A stretch of 63,320 bases of DNA, taken from an uncultured Gammaproteobacteria bacterium. GTDB taxonomy: Bacteria > Patescibacteriota > Patescibacteriia > Patescibacteriales > UBA12465. The notes under the pieces were generated by a model, which worked only from the letters and a program-made list of their open reading frames with translations, was not told the DNA's origin and made no database searches. The translations under genes were made by a program, and so were the position numbers. This document shows, one piece after another, positions 40,966-49,969 of this stretch. The stretch covers positions 1 through 63,320 of the forward strand of contig CAZNDY010000001.1 in assembly GCA_964572055.1 (NCBI GenBank). Direction: 5' to 3'. How positions within the stretch are numbered: position 1 is the stretch's first letter; every line of letters begins with the position of its first letter.

Positions 40966-41955
40966 TTATTCAAACCATTTTTTGTATAAAAGATCATACT
41001 CCCCAGATTCAATTAGTCCTAGTATTTCCCTATTAACCTTTTCTCTTAAAAGACTTTCGTGGGGAAAAGCAAAACCATAAGTTTGCCTATCAAATGTTTC
41101 TCCACTTAATATAAACTCTTCTTGTTTTTCATTTTTAATAAAGTTTTTAATAACTGGTTGATCAAACACTACTGCACTTACTTTTTTATTTCTTAAATCT
41201 TCAAAAGCTTCTTCTATTTTTTTCTTGGTAATTATTTTAGCTCCTAGTTTTTCAAGCTCATCAACAGCTGTTGTTTTTTCCTTGGTAGCCACCAACTTGT
41301 TTCTGAGATCTTCTGGTTTGTTGATTTTGTATTTAGCTTCATTAATGGTTGCTACTGATGTTATTTTAGCTATAAATATAGCAAAAATAGTTATTCCGAA
41401 AAAAACTACCAAAAAGCCTATAGTTTTACCCATTGGAGACTCTGGGTAAAAACCACCAACCCCACCCATCATTGTTACTGTCCACCAAAGAGAGTCAATA
41501 ATTCCATGTTTGTAATTATTACTTATTTGAGGGTTTGTTTTTTCGTAAAACCAAAATAAGTTAGAAATTAAGAATATAAAGCCTGAAAAAATTAATAAAA
41601 ATTTTATTGATTTCTTATAATTCTCTGTTATGATATTTTTTATTGTTGTTGTTATGTTGAGCTTGGATCTTTTAGAAATTAATATTGATAAGCCTGATCT
41701 AAGTGTGTAATAGGAAAAGCTAACCTTTTCTTCTCTTTTTTTAGTTCTGGTTATTCCGGCCATAGCTATATCAATGTTTCCCTTGCTAGTTTCTTCTAGC
41801 AGGTTATTAAATTCAATTTTTTTGTATTGGAAATCTATATTTAGCTTATTGGCTATTATTTCCCATAACTCAATTTCAAAACCAGTATGTTTGTTTGCTA
41901 AACTAATAATTAGTGGTTTAAATTCAGATATACCTACTTTTATTTTTTTATTCAT
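40966..41955 (-). CDS. GluR0-like ligand-gated ion channel (family-3 solute-binding lobes S1/S2 interrupted by an M1-P-M2 pore)
   Basis: 329 aa. S1 is KVGISEFKPLII...IDIAMAGITRTKKREEKVSFSYY. The pore is two TMs around SLWWTVTMMGGVGGFYPE. S2 is LVATKEKTTAVDEL...YGFAFPHES...YKKWF. Confidence 0.7.
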   Translation of the reverse strand: MNKKIKVGISEFKPLIISLANKHTGFEIELWEIIANKLNIDFQYKKIEFNNLLEETSKGNIDIAMAGITRTKKREEKVSFSYYTLRSGLSILISKRSKLNITTTIKNIITENYKKSIKFLLIFSGFIFLISNLFWFYEKTNPQISNNYKHGIIDSLWWTVTMMGGVGGFYPESPMGKTIGFLVVFFGITIFAIFIAKITSVATINEAKYKINKPEDLRNKLVATKEKTTAVDELEKLGAKIITKKKIEEAFEDLRNKKVSAVVFDQPVIKNFIKNEKQEEFILSGETFDRQTYGFAFPHESLLREKVNREILGLIESGEYDLLYKKWFE

Positions 41956-41960
41956 ATTTT

Positions 41961-44171
41961 TTATTCACAGTCTTTATTTGAACATTTAGGTCCATTTTTA
42001 TCTTCAACCATTAAACTGCCACATTTAGAGCATTTTTCTCCAGTTGGTTTGGCAAAATAAGCATTTTTGCATTTAGGGTAGGCACTACAAGCATAAAAAA
42101 CTCCACGACGACTAAATTTTTTAACTATTTTTCCCTCTTCACATTTAGGGCATTTAACTTCAATTCCTTTTTCACCGTTTTTTTCTATATTTTTAAGGTT
42201 TTTGCATTTGGGATAATTACTACATCCTAAGAATGGTCCAAATTTTCCATTTCTAACAATCATGTCTGAACCACATTTGTCACATTTTTCATCTTTATAT
42301 TTTTCTTTTAATTCTAACATTTCTGGGCTGTCTTCTTTTCTAATTTCTTCCCCTTCTTTTTTTAATGATTTTATATTTTTACATTCTGGAAAGGCACTAC
42401 AAGCTAAAAATTTACCATAACGTCCAGTTTTAATAATCATTTTAGCTCCACATTTGTCACAAATCTCGTCACTCTCTTCTTCGGGAGAAAATTTTTGTTT
42501 ATCTAATTCTTGATATTTTTCTTCTAAGTTTTTATGAAATGGTTCCCAAAAATTTTTAATAACTGGTTGCCACTCCCTTTTTCCGTGAGATATTTCATCT
42601 AAATTATTTTCCATTTCAGCTGTAAACTTGTAGTCAACAATATTTTTGAAGTGTTGAGAGAGGAGGTCATTAACAATAAAGGCAATATCGGTTGGAAATA
42701 ATCTCTTTTTTTCATCACGGTTAACATAATTTCTATCAATAATAGTGGAAATAGTTGGAGCATAAGTTGATGGTCTGCCGATTCCATGTTTTTCCATTTC
42801 TTTTACTAAGCCAGCATCAGAGTATCTAGCTGGTGGTTGTGTAAAATGTTGTTTATTTATTAAGTCTTCTAATTTTAGCTCTTCTTTTTCTTTGATTGGT
42901 GGTAATTCATTTTCACTTACTTTTTCTGGATATACCTCTAAATAACCTTTAAATTTAACTGTTTGTCCATTAGCTCTAAATATAAATTCTTTTTCTTCTC
43001 CAGCAATAATGTCAACACTAACAGTATCTAAAACAGCTTCTGACATTTGAGAAGCTAAAGCTCTTTGCCAAATTAATTGGTAGAGCTTGAATTGATTTTT
43101 GTCTAATTTAGGTTCTATTTTTTCAGGGGAGTTGTAAACTTTACTTGGGCGAATTGCTTCATGGGCCTCTTGAGCATTTTTGCTTTTTACTTTAAAAGAC
43201 CTTCCTCCTGTTTTAAGATAATTCTTCCCGTAAATTTCTTCTAAGTATTTAGAGGCTTCATCTTTAAATTTAGAGGAGAGATTAAGGGAATCAGTTCTCA
43301 TGTAGGTTATATATCCCATTTCATACAATTTTTGAGCAATTGTCATTGTTTGCTTGGCGCTAAAACTAAAATAGCGATTCGCAGTTTGTTGTAAAGATGA
43401 GGTTATAAAAGGGGGTAGAGGGCTTTTTTTGGTTTCTTTTCCTTCTATTTTACTAATTAACCATCCACCTTTTTTTAATGATTCGATAGTTTTTTCAGTT
43501 TCTTCTTTATTCTTAAAGTGAAACTTTCCAACACTTTTATTGTTTATTTTGAACAATTTAGAATAGAAAAAGTTATCATTTTTAGAAAGCTTAGCCTCAA
43601 TATCCCAATATTCTTGTGGAATAAAAGCTTTTATTTCTTTCTCTCTTTCAACTATTAGCTTAACAGCAACGCTTTGAACTCTGCCAGCAGATAAGCCTTT
43701 AGCTACTTTTTTCCATAAAAAAGGAGACAATTTATAACCAACTAGACGATCCAAGATTCTTCTAGCTTGTTGTGCGTCTACCATTTCTTGGTCTATTTGG
43801 CGAGGGTGAGCAATTGCCTCTAAAATTGCTTCTTTGGTTATTTCATGAAAAACTATTCTTTTAACTTTGTTTTCATCAAGATTAAGAGCTGTAAATAAAT
43901 GCCAAGCAATAGCTTCTCCTTCGCGGTCTTCGTCAGCTGCTAGAATAACATAATCAGCTTTTTGAGCTAATTTTTTTAATTCACTAACCCTAGATTTAGA
44001 TTTGCTAGGAATAACATATTTTGGTTCAAAATTTTTTTCTAAATCAACACCAAGTTCGCTTTTGGGTAAGTCACGAATATGACCGAAAGAGGATTCGACT
44101 TTATAACTACTATCTAAAAACTTAGAGATAGTTTTAGCTTTAGTTGGAGACTCAACAATTATTAGATTCAT
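41961..44171 (-). CDS. topA: DNA topoisomerase I
   Basis: 736 aa with TOPRIM MNLIIVESPTKAKTI, the active-site region YITYMRTDS and four C-terminal CxxC...CxxC zinc ribbons. Confidence 0.97.
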   Translation of the reverse strand: MNLIIVESPTKAKTISKFLDSSYKVESSFGHIRDLPKSELGVDLEKNFEPKYVIPSKSKSRVSELKKLAQKADYVILAADEDREGEAIAWHLFTALNLDENKVKRIVFHEITKEAILEAIAHPRQIDQEMVDAQQARRILDRLVGYKLSPFLWKKVAKGLSAGRVQSVAVKLIVEREKEIKAFIPQEYWDIEAKLSKNDNFFYSKLFKINNKSVGKFHFKNKEETEKTIESLKKGGWLISKIEGKETKKSPLPPFITSSLQQTANRYFSFSAKQTMTIAQKLYEMGYITYMRTDSLNLSSKFKDEASKYLEEIYGKNYLKTGGRSFKVKSKNAQEAHEAIRPSKVYNSPEKIEPKLDKNQFKLYQLIWQRALASQMSEAVLDTVSVDIIAGEEKEFIFRANGQTVKFKGYLEVYPEKVSENELPPIKEKEELKLEDLINKQHFTQPPARYSDAGLVKEMEKHGIGRPSTYAPTISTIIDRNYVNRDEKKRLFPTDIAFIVNDLLSQHFKNIVDYKFTAEMENNLDEISHGKREWQPVIKNFWEPFHKNLEEKYQELDKQKFSPEEESDEICDKCGAKMIIKTGRYGKFLACSAFPECKNIKSLKKEGEEIRKEDSPEMLELKEKYKDEKCDKCGSDMIVRNGKFGPFLGCSNYPKCKNLKNIEKNGEKGIEVKCPKCEEGKIVKKFSRRGVFYACSAYPKCKNAYFAKPTGEKCSKCGSLMVEDKNGPKCSNKDCE

Positions 44172-44223
44172 ATTTTTTATTTATAAAAAGATTATAGTAT
44201 TTAAACTAAAAAAATACAAATAT

Positions 44224-45318
44224 TTATCTTAAAGAATAGTTTTTTCCTCCCAAATCTTCTATATATTTTTTTACTTCTAAGGAGTTAATAGCAATAATAA
44301 TTTCTGACACATTTTCTTGTAGTTCAATTATTATTTCTTCAATGTTTTTATTTTCTTTTTTTAATATTTCGATAATTTTTTTTTCAATTTTGTTTTCTGT
44401 TTTGATTCTTGTTTTTGATTTTTGGGGTGATTTTTTATTTTCTATGTTAAATAGGTTTAAAATATCTTCTGCTTGGTTTATAATTATTGCACCATCTTTA
44501 GCTAATTTATTGCTACCCTTGGAATTTAAGCTAAAAATATCACCAACTATTGTCAAAACATCACGTCCCTCTTCTAGAGCTATTTTGCTGGTTATTAATG
44601 AGCCTGATTTTTCGCCAGCCTCTATCACTAGAGTTTTGTTCGATAGCCCAGCTATTATTCTATTTCTTTGAGGAAAGTTTTGTGGCCAAGGAGGTATTTT
44701 AGGTGAAAATTCAGACATAACTAAGCCCTGATTTTTGATTATTTCTTCAACTAATGGTCGATTTGATTTGGGGTGAATAATTTCTTGATTTAAACCAGAT
44801 CCTAAAACTGCGATGGTTTTTAAATTATTTAAAAGGGATTCTTTGTGAGCTAAAGAATCGATGCCAATTGCTAAACCACTAATTATACTTAATTCACTAC
44901 TATTAAGTTCGGATATAATGTTTTTAACAACTCTTTGTCCATAAAAACTAGGATGACGAGAGCCAACGACTGATATTGATTTTTCCCAGTTAATTTTTAA
45001 ATTACCCCAATAATATAATATTGGGGGAGGATTATAGATGTTTTTTAATAATTTTGGATAGGAATCTTCTTTGATATAAGAAACCATTAAATTTTGTTTG
45101 TATATTTCTTCTATTGTTTTTTCAATATTGATTTTTTTTCTATTGTTTATAAAGTTTTCAATGGTTTTTTTTCTCCAAGGAAGTTTATAGAGTTTTAAAT
45201 TACTAGCATAATAAGCTTCTTCTAGGCTAGAAAAAATTTTTAAAATTGTTTGAAGTTTAAAATTATTAAAATTTGTTAAGTGATTGAAAACTATAGCCAT
45301 TTTTTTCTCTGTAATCAT
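44224..45318 (-). CDS. dprA: DNA processing protein DprA
   Basis: 364 aa with the Rossmann-like core VVGSRHPSFYG...SGLAIGIDSLAHKESL...GSLITSKIALEEGRDV. The dprA-topA linkage is a common arrangement. Confidence 0.9.
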   Translation of the reverse strand: MITEKKMAIVFNHLTNFNNFKLQTILKIFSSLEEAYYASNLKLYKLPWRKKTIENFINNRKKINIEKTIEEIYKQNLMVSYIKEDSYPKLLKNIYNPPPILYYWGNLKINWEKSISVVGSRHPSFYGQRVVKNIISELNSSELSIISGLAIGIDSLAHKESLLNNLKTIAVLGSGLNQEIIHPKSNRPLVEEIIKNQGLVMSEFSPKIPPWPQNFPQRNRIIAGLSNKTLVIEAGEKSGSLITSKIALEEGRDVLTIVGDIFSLNSKGSNKLAKDGAIIINQAEDILNLFNIENKKSPQKSKTRIKTENKIEKKIIEILKKENKNIEEIIIELQENVSEIIIAINSLEVKKYIEDLGGKNYSLR

Positions 45319-45341
45319 TTTGTATATTGACCCATCAGGGT

Positions 45342-45370
45342 TTGTTAATTATTAAAAAATATTATATAAT
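45342..45370 (+). promoter_or_regulatory. Candidate promoter of hsp20
   Basis: TTGTTA, a 17-nt spacer, then TATAAT. It is followed by the inverted repeat GCTAA-N12-TTAGC (45377-45398). Confidence 0.45.
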
Positions 45371-45427
45371 CATATTGCTAATATTTGTTTATTTTAGCTA
45401 AAAACAATAAAAATTTAACTTAAATTT

Positions 45428-45856
45428 ATGATAAATATTTTTAAAAATAATCATCAAAAAATAAACAAGGTAGAAACTCACGAAGAAGATGATGGTTTTT
45501 CCCCTGAATGGCTCGATGATAATTTACCAGAAGGACAGCTTTTGTTAGATGTTTATCAAACAGATGATAAAATAGTGGTTAAATCAACCATGGCTGGTGT
45601 TTCGCCAGAGAATCTGTTTATATCTTTAAATCATGACATGTTAACCATTAAGGGACGAAGAGAGTACGACCGCTCACTAGATGAGAGTGAGGCTTTAATG
45701 CAAGAATGTTATTGGGGTTCTTTTTCTAGAACAGTGATTTTACCAGAAGAGGTTGATCCCAAAAAAATTGATGCTGTGCTAGAAAATGGAGTTTTAACTA
45801 TTTCTTTAAATAGAATTTATAAAAATAGAGAAATAAAAGTAAAAATAAAGTCTTAG
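45428..45856 (+). CDS. Small heat-shock protein (Hsp20/alpha-crystallin family)
   Basis: 142 aa with an alpha-crystallin-domain pattern (DVYQTDDKIVVKSTMAGV...GVLTISL). Confidence 0.85.
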   Translation: MINIFKNNHQKINKVETHEEDDGFSPEWLDDNLPEGQLLLDVYQTDDKIVVKSTMAGVSPENLFISLNHDMLTIKGRREYDRSLDESEALMQECYWGSFSRTVILPEEVDPKKIDAVLENGVLTISLNRIYKNREIKVKIKS

Positions 45857-45859
45857 GAT

Positions 45860-46078
45860 ATGGAAATAAAATTAAAATTTATTAATATTGAAAACGGTCA
45901 AGCTGTTTTAAAGATGGTTGATAGTGATTATGAAGTTTTGTGGCCTCAAGATAAACTACCCGAAGGGATTTCCGAGGGGGAGTCTTTAAGTTTTTTAATT
46001 TCTCAATCAAATATTGAAGATTCTTTGAGAAAACAAAAAGCTAAAGATATTCTTAATGAAATATTAAATGTTGAATAA
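45860..46078 (+). CDS. Small protein, DUF3006-like
   Basis: 72 aa. IENGQAVLKMVDSDYEVLWPQDKLPEGISEGESL resembles the DUF3006 pattern as I recall it. Confidence 0.4.
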   Translation: MEIKLKFINIENGQAVLKMVDSDYEVLWPQDKLPEGISEGESLSFLISQSNIEDSLRKQKAKDILNEILNVE

Positions 46079-46080
46079 AT

Positions 46081-48045
46081 ATGAGTGTTAAATTTAAAAA
46101 AGCTATATTTTTAGTTTCTGATGTTTTGTTATTCTTAATTATTTTTTTGTTAGTTTTTTATTTGTTTTTTGAGGCTCGCTTTGATAATAAAATTTATCCT
46201 AATGTTTATTTAAATGGTTCTAATTTAGGGGGCTTAACAGTTGAAGATGCTAAGAAGGTTTTGGAAAAAAAAATAGAGAATTTTGATTCTTTGGGCATTA
46301 GAATATTAAGTGATAAAGAGGAGCTTTTATGGAGAAGAAATATTTTTGCTTTTGATCCTGATTTAGTTTCTCAAACAGTTTTTTTTAATATTAATAAAAC
46401 CTTAGACAAAGCTTTTTTATTAGGCAGAAGTGATAATGTTTTTAATGATTTTTATTTTAAAATTTCTTCTATTTTTTTAAAAAGAAATGTTCCTCTATCT
46501 TTTGTTCTAGATGAAGAAAAAATAAAAAATTATTTATATGATAGCTTTGATGATTCAATTGTATTATCTCAAAATGCTGATATTGTTAGTAGTTATTCGG
46601 TAACTATTAGTGATCAAGAAGAGGGTACTTCTTTTGAGGGTAATAACATAAATCAATCAGAAATAATTTTTTCTATTAATCCAGAGGTCTATGGAAAACA
46701 AATAAATTATGATCAGTTTTTTGTTGATTTTAAAAATAATTTAGCTGAATTAAAGAATGATGATATTTATTTAATTCTTGTTGATGGTTCTCCAGAAATA
46801 AAAATTAGCGATGTTTCTGGTATAAAAGAAGAAGCTTACAAATTATTAGAACTTGCTCCTTTCAATTTAATTTATAAAGAGAATGAAGGTGAAAAATCTT
46901 TTGTAGTTAGTAAAGAAGTTTTTTCTACCTGGTTTAAGTTGCAAAAGAACAATGAATCTTCAGATATTTTTGTTGGATTGAGTGCTGAAAAGTTTTTTAA
47001 TTTTTTAGAAACTACTGTAGCCTTAGAGGTTGAAAAAGAACCAATTAAACCTCAATTTGAATTTAAAGATGATAAGGTTGTTTTGTTTTTTCCTGGACAA
47101 AATGGTTTAAAAATAAATAAAGAAAGAACCTTTAATAATCTTTTAAATTCTTTTGTAATGAGAGATTTTAGTCAAGTTTTGTTAGTGACTGAAGTTTCTG
47201 AAACAGATGGTCTTGATGGAACAAATGATATGGGCATCAAAGAATTAATTGGTAGTGGTCATTCTAATTTTGCGGGGTCACCAGTTAATAGAAGACATAA
47301 TATTAAAGTTGGAGCTGATAAGTTGAATGGTTTGGTAATTAAACCAGGCGAAGAATTTTCTTTAGTAACAGCCCTTGGACCAACAACTAGAGAGGCAGGA
47401 TATTTACCAGAGCTAGTTATTAAAGGTAATAAAACTGTACCTGAATATGGTGGTGGTCTTTGTCAAGTGGCTACAACTTTGTTTAGGTCTGCCTTAGGAA
47501 GTGGTTTACCGATTACTGAAAGACGAAACCATTCTTATCGAGTTTCTTATTATGAGCCGGCAGGAACAGATGCCACTATTTATAGTCCTCGTCCTGATTT
47601 GAAATTTAAAAATGATACTGAACACAATATATTAATTCAGGCTAGATTTGAAGGAGCTAATGATATGTATTTTGATCTTTGGGGAACATCAGATGGTCGC
47701 TTGGCCACAACAACTTATCCGGTTATTTATAATATTGTTAAGCCAGGCCCAACTCAAATTATAGAAACAACTGATTTAAAACCAGGTGAAAAAAAATGCA
47801 CCGAAAGAGCTCATTCTGGGGCGGAAGCTTATTTTGATTATTTTGTAACTTATAAACCGGGAACAGAATTGGAAAATAAAGTTGAAACTAGATTTTATTC
47901 TAAGTATGTTCCTTGGAGAGAGGTCTGTTTGCTTGGCGTAGAACCAAAAGAAGAAACTACGGAAAATACAGAGAATGCTGAAACTACAGAAAATACGGAA
48001 AATACGGAAAATACAGAAAATATTGGGAGTGTAGAAAATATATAA
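46081..48045 (+). CDS. VanW-family protein (membrane-anchored)
   Basis: 654 aa with an N-terminal TM and the VanW core YGGGLCQVATTLFRSAL...ERRNHSYRVSYY. The C-terminal tail is a TEN-repeat. Confidence 0.8.
   Translation: MSVKFKKAIFLVSDVLLFLIIFLLVFYLFFEARFDNKIYPNVYLNGSNLGGLTVEDAKKVLEKKIENFDSLGIRILSDKEELLWRRNIFAFDPDLVSQTVFFNINKTLDKAFLLGRSDNVFNDFYFKISSIFLKRNVPLSFVLDEEKIKNYLYDSFDDSIVLSQNADIVSSYSVTISDQEEGTSFEGNNINQSEIIFSINPEVYGKQINYDQFFVDFKNNLAELKNDDIYLILVDGSPEIKISDVSGIKEEAYKLLELAPFNLIYKENEGEKSFVVSKEVFSTWFKLQKNNESSDIFVGLSAEKFFNFLETTVALEVEKEPIKPQFEFKDDKVVLFFPGQNGLKINKERTFNNLLNSFVMRDFSQVLLVTEVSETDGLDGTNDMGIKELIGSGHSNFAGSPVNRRHNIKVGADKLNGLVIKPGEEFSLVTALGPTTREAGYLPELVIKGNKTVPEYGGGLCQVATTLFRSALGSGLPITERRNHSYRVSYYEPAGTDATIYSPRPDLKFKNDTEHNILIQARFEGANDMYFDLWGTSDGRLATTTYPVIYNIVKPGPTQIIETTDLKPGEKKCTERAHSGAEAYFDYFVTYKPGTELENKVETRFYSKYVPWREVCLLGVEPKEETTENTENAETTENTENTENTENIGSVENI
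47955..48020 (+). repeat. In-frame 9-nt tandem repeat (GAAAATACR) encoding (TEN)n at the VanW C-terminus
   Basis: Read directly: ...gaaaatacagagaatgctgaaactacagaaaatacggaaaatacggaaaatacagaaaat. Confidence 0.8.
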
Positions 48046-48073
48046 TTTATAAAAAATTAAATTATTCTATTAT

Positions 48074-48105
48074 AAAAAAAGAGACTCTTTCGAGTCTCTT
48101 TTTTT
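48074..48105. terminator. Bidirectional terminator after the VanW gene
   Basis: AGAGACTC-TTTC-GAGTCTCT flanked by an A-run and a T-run. Confidence 0.8.
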
Positions 48106-48144
48106 GTTGAAATAATATTATATTCTTGTTTTCTGAAAAAAATA

Positions 48145-48251
48145 GGTTTAGGCGAGGCGGGCAAGAAAATCTCTTCTAGAAATTTTAGAGCCTCGGCCCT
48201 AGAAACCCTAAAAGAAAGTCCCATGCTTGTCGTGCCCTTCTCGCCTAAACC
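48145..48251 (-). ncRNA. Candidate sRNA: 107-nt G+C-rich rod-shaped hairpin, family unassigned
   Basis: Perfect 12-bp terminal inverted repeat, with interior helices of 5, 4, 12 and about 9 bp. Five pairs are G-U only on the minus strand. An upstream promoter and a downstream U-tract both lie on the minus strand. Confidence 0.5.
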
Positions 48252-48288
48252 GATTTTGAAAATTTATCTTATCAATTGTCAACTAATT

Positions 48289-48316
48289 ATTGTATCATAT
48301 AATAAAAAAAATGTCA
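48289..48316 (-). promoter_or_regulatory. Candidate promoter of the rod-hairpin sRNA (minus strand)
   Basis: On the minus strand: TTGACA (48316-48311), a 16-nt spacer, then TACAAT (48294-48289). This is about 40 nt upstream of the hairpin. Confidence 0.45.
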
Positions 48317-48443
48317 ATAGGGTTATCCACAGTTGGTTTTTGCTTGTTTTTAATTGTATTTATTGACCTTTTTGTTGTTTATCGTTTATTAGTTAATTTT
48401 AGCTTTATATGATATTTTTAAAAAATAAAATAATTTCTTTTTC

Positions 48444-48472
48444 TTGACAATTGTTTTTAAAAAATATAAAAT
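48444..48472 (+). promoter_or_regulatory. Sigma70-type promoter of tRNA-Glu
   Basis: TTGACA, a 17-nt spacer, then TAAAAT, about 50 nt upstream of the tRNA. Confidence 0.6.
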
Positions 48473-48522
48473 AATGATACTTTTAGCTAAGACTAAAAGC
48501 CTTTTTGTTTTAATTACAATAA

Positions 48523-48594
48523 GGCCCCTTCGTCTAATGGTTAGGACACCAGGTTTTCATCCTGACAATAGGGGTTCGATTCCCCTAGGGGTCA
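48523..48594 (+). tRNA. tRNA-Glu (anticodon UUC)
   Basis: GGCCCCT-TC-GTCT-AATGGTTA-GGAC-A-CCAGG-TTTTCAT-CCTGA-CAAT-AGGGG-TTCGATT-CCCCT-AGGGGTC-A. There is one mismatch at the top of the anticodon stem. Confidence 0.9.
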
Positions 48595-48595
48595 C

Positions 48596-48631
48596 AAAAA
48601 AAGAACATGAAATTTCATGTTCTTTTTTTTT
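48596..48631. terminator. Bidirectional terminator serving tRNA-Glu and ychF
   Basis: AAGAACATGAAA/TTTCATGTTCTT palindrome flanked by an A-run and a T-run. Confidence 0.8.
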
Positions 48632-48685
48632 GTTTTTCAGGATTATTAATAATATTCTTTGCTATTTTTAATTAAATAAGTTTTA

Positions 48686-49747
48686 TTATTTATTAATTAA
48701 GAAATTGCAAATATCACCATCCTGTACTATATAGTCTTTACCCTCAGTTCTAATAAGTCCCAATTCTTTGGCTTTATTTTCTCCGCCTGCTTCAATAAAT
48801 TTTTTCCAATTTATAACTTCAGCCCTAACAAAACCTTTCTCAAAATCAGTATGAATTTCGGCTGCAGCTTGGGGAGCTTTTGAGCCCTTTTTAATAGTCC
48901 AAGCTCTAGTTTCGTCTTTGCCAGTTGTAAAAAATGTTTCTAAGCCTAAAAGTTTGTAGGAAGCTGTTATTAGTTTATCTAAGCCACTTTTTTCTATCCC
49001 TAATTCTTTCATATATTCGGTTTGTTCTTCTTCGGGCAGTTTGGCGATTTCCTCTTCTAGTTTAACATTAATTCGAATAGCTTCTCCGTCCCAATTAAAA
49101 TCAGTATTTTTTTCAGTGTCATCAGAGTTAAGAGCGTAGATAATTGGTTTGATGGTTAACAAACTTAAACTTTTTATAAAAATTTTTTCTTCTTCCTTGA
49201 TTTCTAGCTCTCTAGCGGCTTTTCCTTGATCTAATAATGTTTTTATTCTTTCTAATATTTCTTTTTGTTTAGCAATTTCTTTATCACCACTTTTTATTTC
49301 TCGAGCTACCTTCTCTAGTCTTTTTTCAACTGTTTTTAAATCAGCAAAAATTAATTCCATGTTAATTGTTTCTTGATCTCCTATTGGATCTATTTCACCA
49401 TTAACATGAATAACGTTAGGATCTTTAAAATCACGCACAACCTCACAAATAGCATCACATTCTCTGATGTGTGATAAAAACTGATTGCCTAAGCCTTCGC
49501 CCTCATGAGCTCCTTTTACCAATCCAGCGATATCGGTAAATTCAATGAAAGTAGGAATAATTTTAGCTGGTTGAGAAATTTGAGCTATTTTATCTAGTCT
49601 ATCATCGGGCACCTTTACAACACCAACATTGGGGTCGATAGTACAAAAAGGATAGTTAGAGGCTTCTACTTGTTTTTTGGTTAATATATTAAATAAGGTT
49701 GATTTGCCAACATTAGGCAAACCAACAATTCCGATAGATAGTGACAT
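48686..49747 (-). CDS. ychF: Ribosome-binding ATPase YchF
   Basis: 353 aa with GIVGLPNVGKSTLFN, DIAGLVKGAHEGEGLGNQFL and a TGS-like C-terminus. Confidence 0.95.
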   Translation of the reverse strand: MSLSIGIVGLPNVGKSTLFNILTKKQVEASNYPFCTIDPNVGVVKVPDDRLDKIAQISQPAKIIPTFIEFTDIAGLVKGAHEGEGLGNQFLSHIRECDAICEVVRDFKDPNVIHVNGEIDPIGDQETINMELIFADLKTVEKRLEKVAREIKSGDKEIAKQKEILERIKTLLDQGKAARELEIKEEEKIFIKSLSLLTIKPIIYALNSDDTEKNTDFNWDGEAIRINVKLEEEIAKLPEEEQTEYMKELGIEKSGLDKLITASYKLLGLETFFTTGKDETRAWTIKKGSKAPQAAAEIHTDFEKGFVRAEVINWKKFIEAGGENKAKELGLIRTEGKDYIVQDGDICNFLINK

Positions 49748-49901
49748 AGTATTTTATTAGGATTATTATGATTATTGAGATTGTTAGGATGTTTAGAAAA
49801 TATAAACATCTTTTTTTATATTATATTATTTATTTAAAAATGACAATGATATTAGTATTGTTTTTTAAAGCAATATTGAGCTATTCTAAAATATTTTTTT
49901 A

Positions 49902-49930
49902 TTGACAAAACAGCTTAAGTATATTAAAAT
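49902..49930 (+). promoter_or_regulatory. Sigma70-type promoter of the 49985 ORF
   Basis: TTGACA, a 17-nt spacer, then TAAAAT. Confidence 0.55.
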
Positions 49931-49969
49931 TTTTTATTGTACTTTGATATTAATTATAAATACTAAAAA

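Noticed and set aside
47955-48020. Tandem 9-nt DNA repeats that might look like a micro-array or CRISPR-like periodicity.
   Set aside because: The units are contiguous with no spacers, in frame, and encode a (TEN)n low-complexity tail of the VanW-family protein.
48322-48330. Perfect DnaA box TTATCCACA in a long AT-rich spacer, plus an 8/9 match TTATCCACT at 395-403. I considered whether either marks oriC.
   Set aside because: There is only a single box at each site with no cluster of boxes. No dnaA or dnaN is nearby. I also see no AT-rich 13-mer-like repeat array. One isolated 9-mer is not evidence for an origin.
48444-48671. 75-aa ORF.
   Set aside because: It starts inside the tRNA-Glu promoter and reads straight through the tRNA-Glu gene and its terminator.
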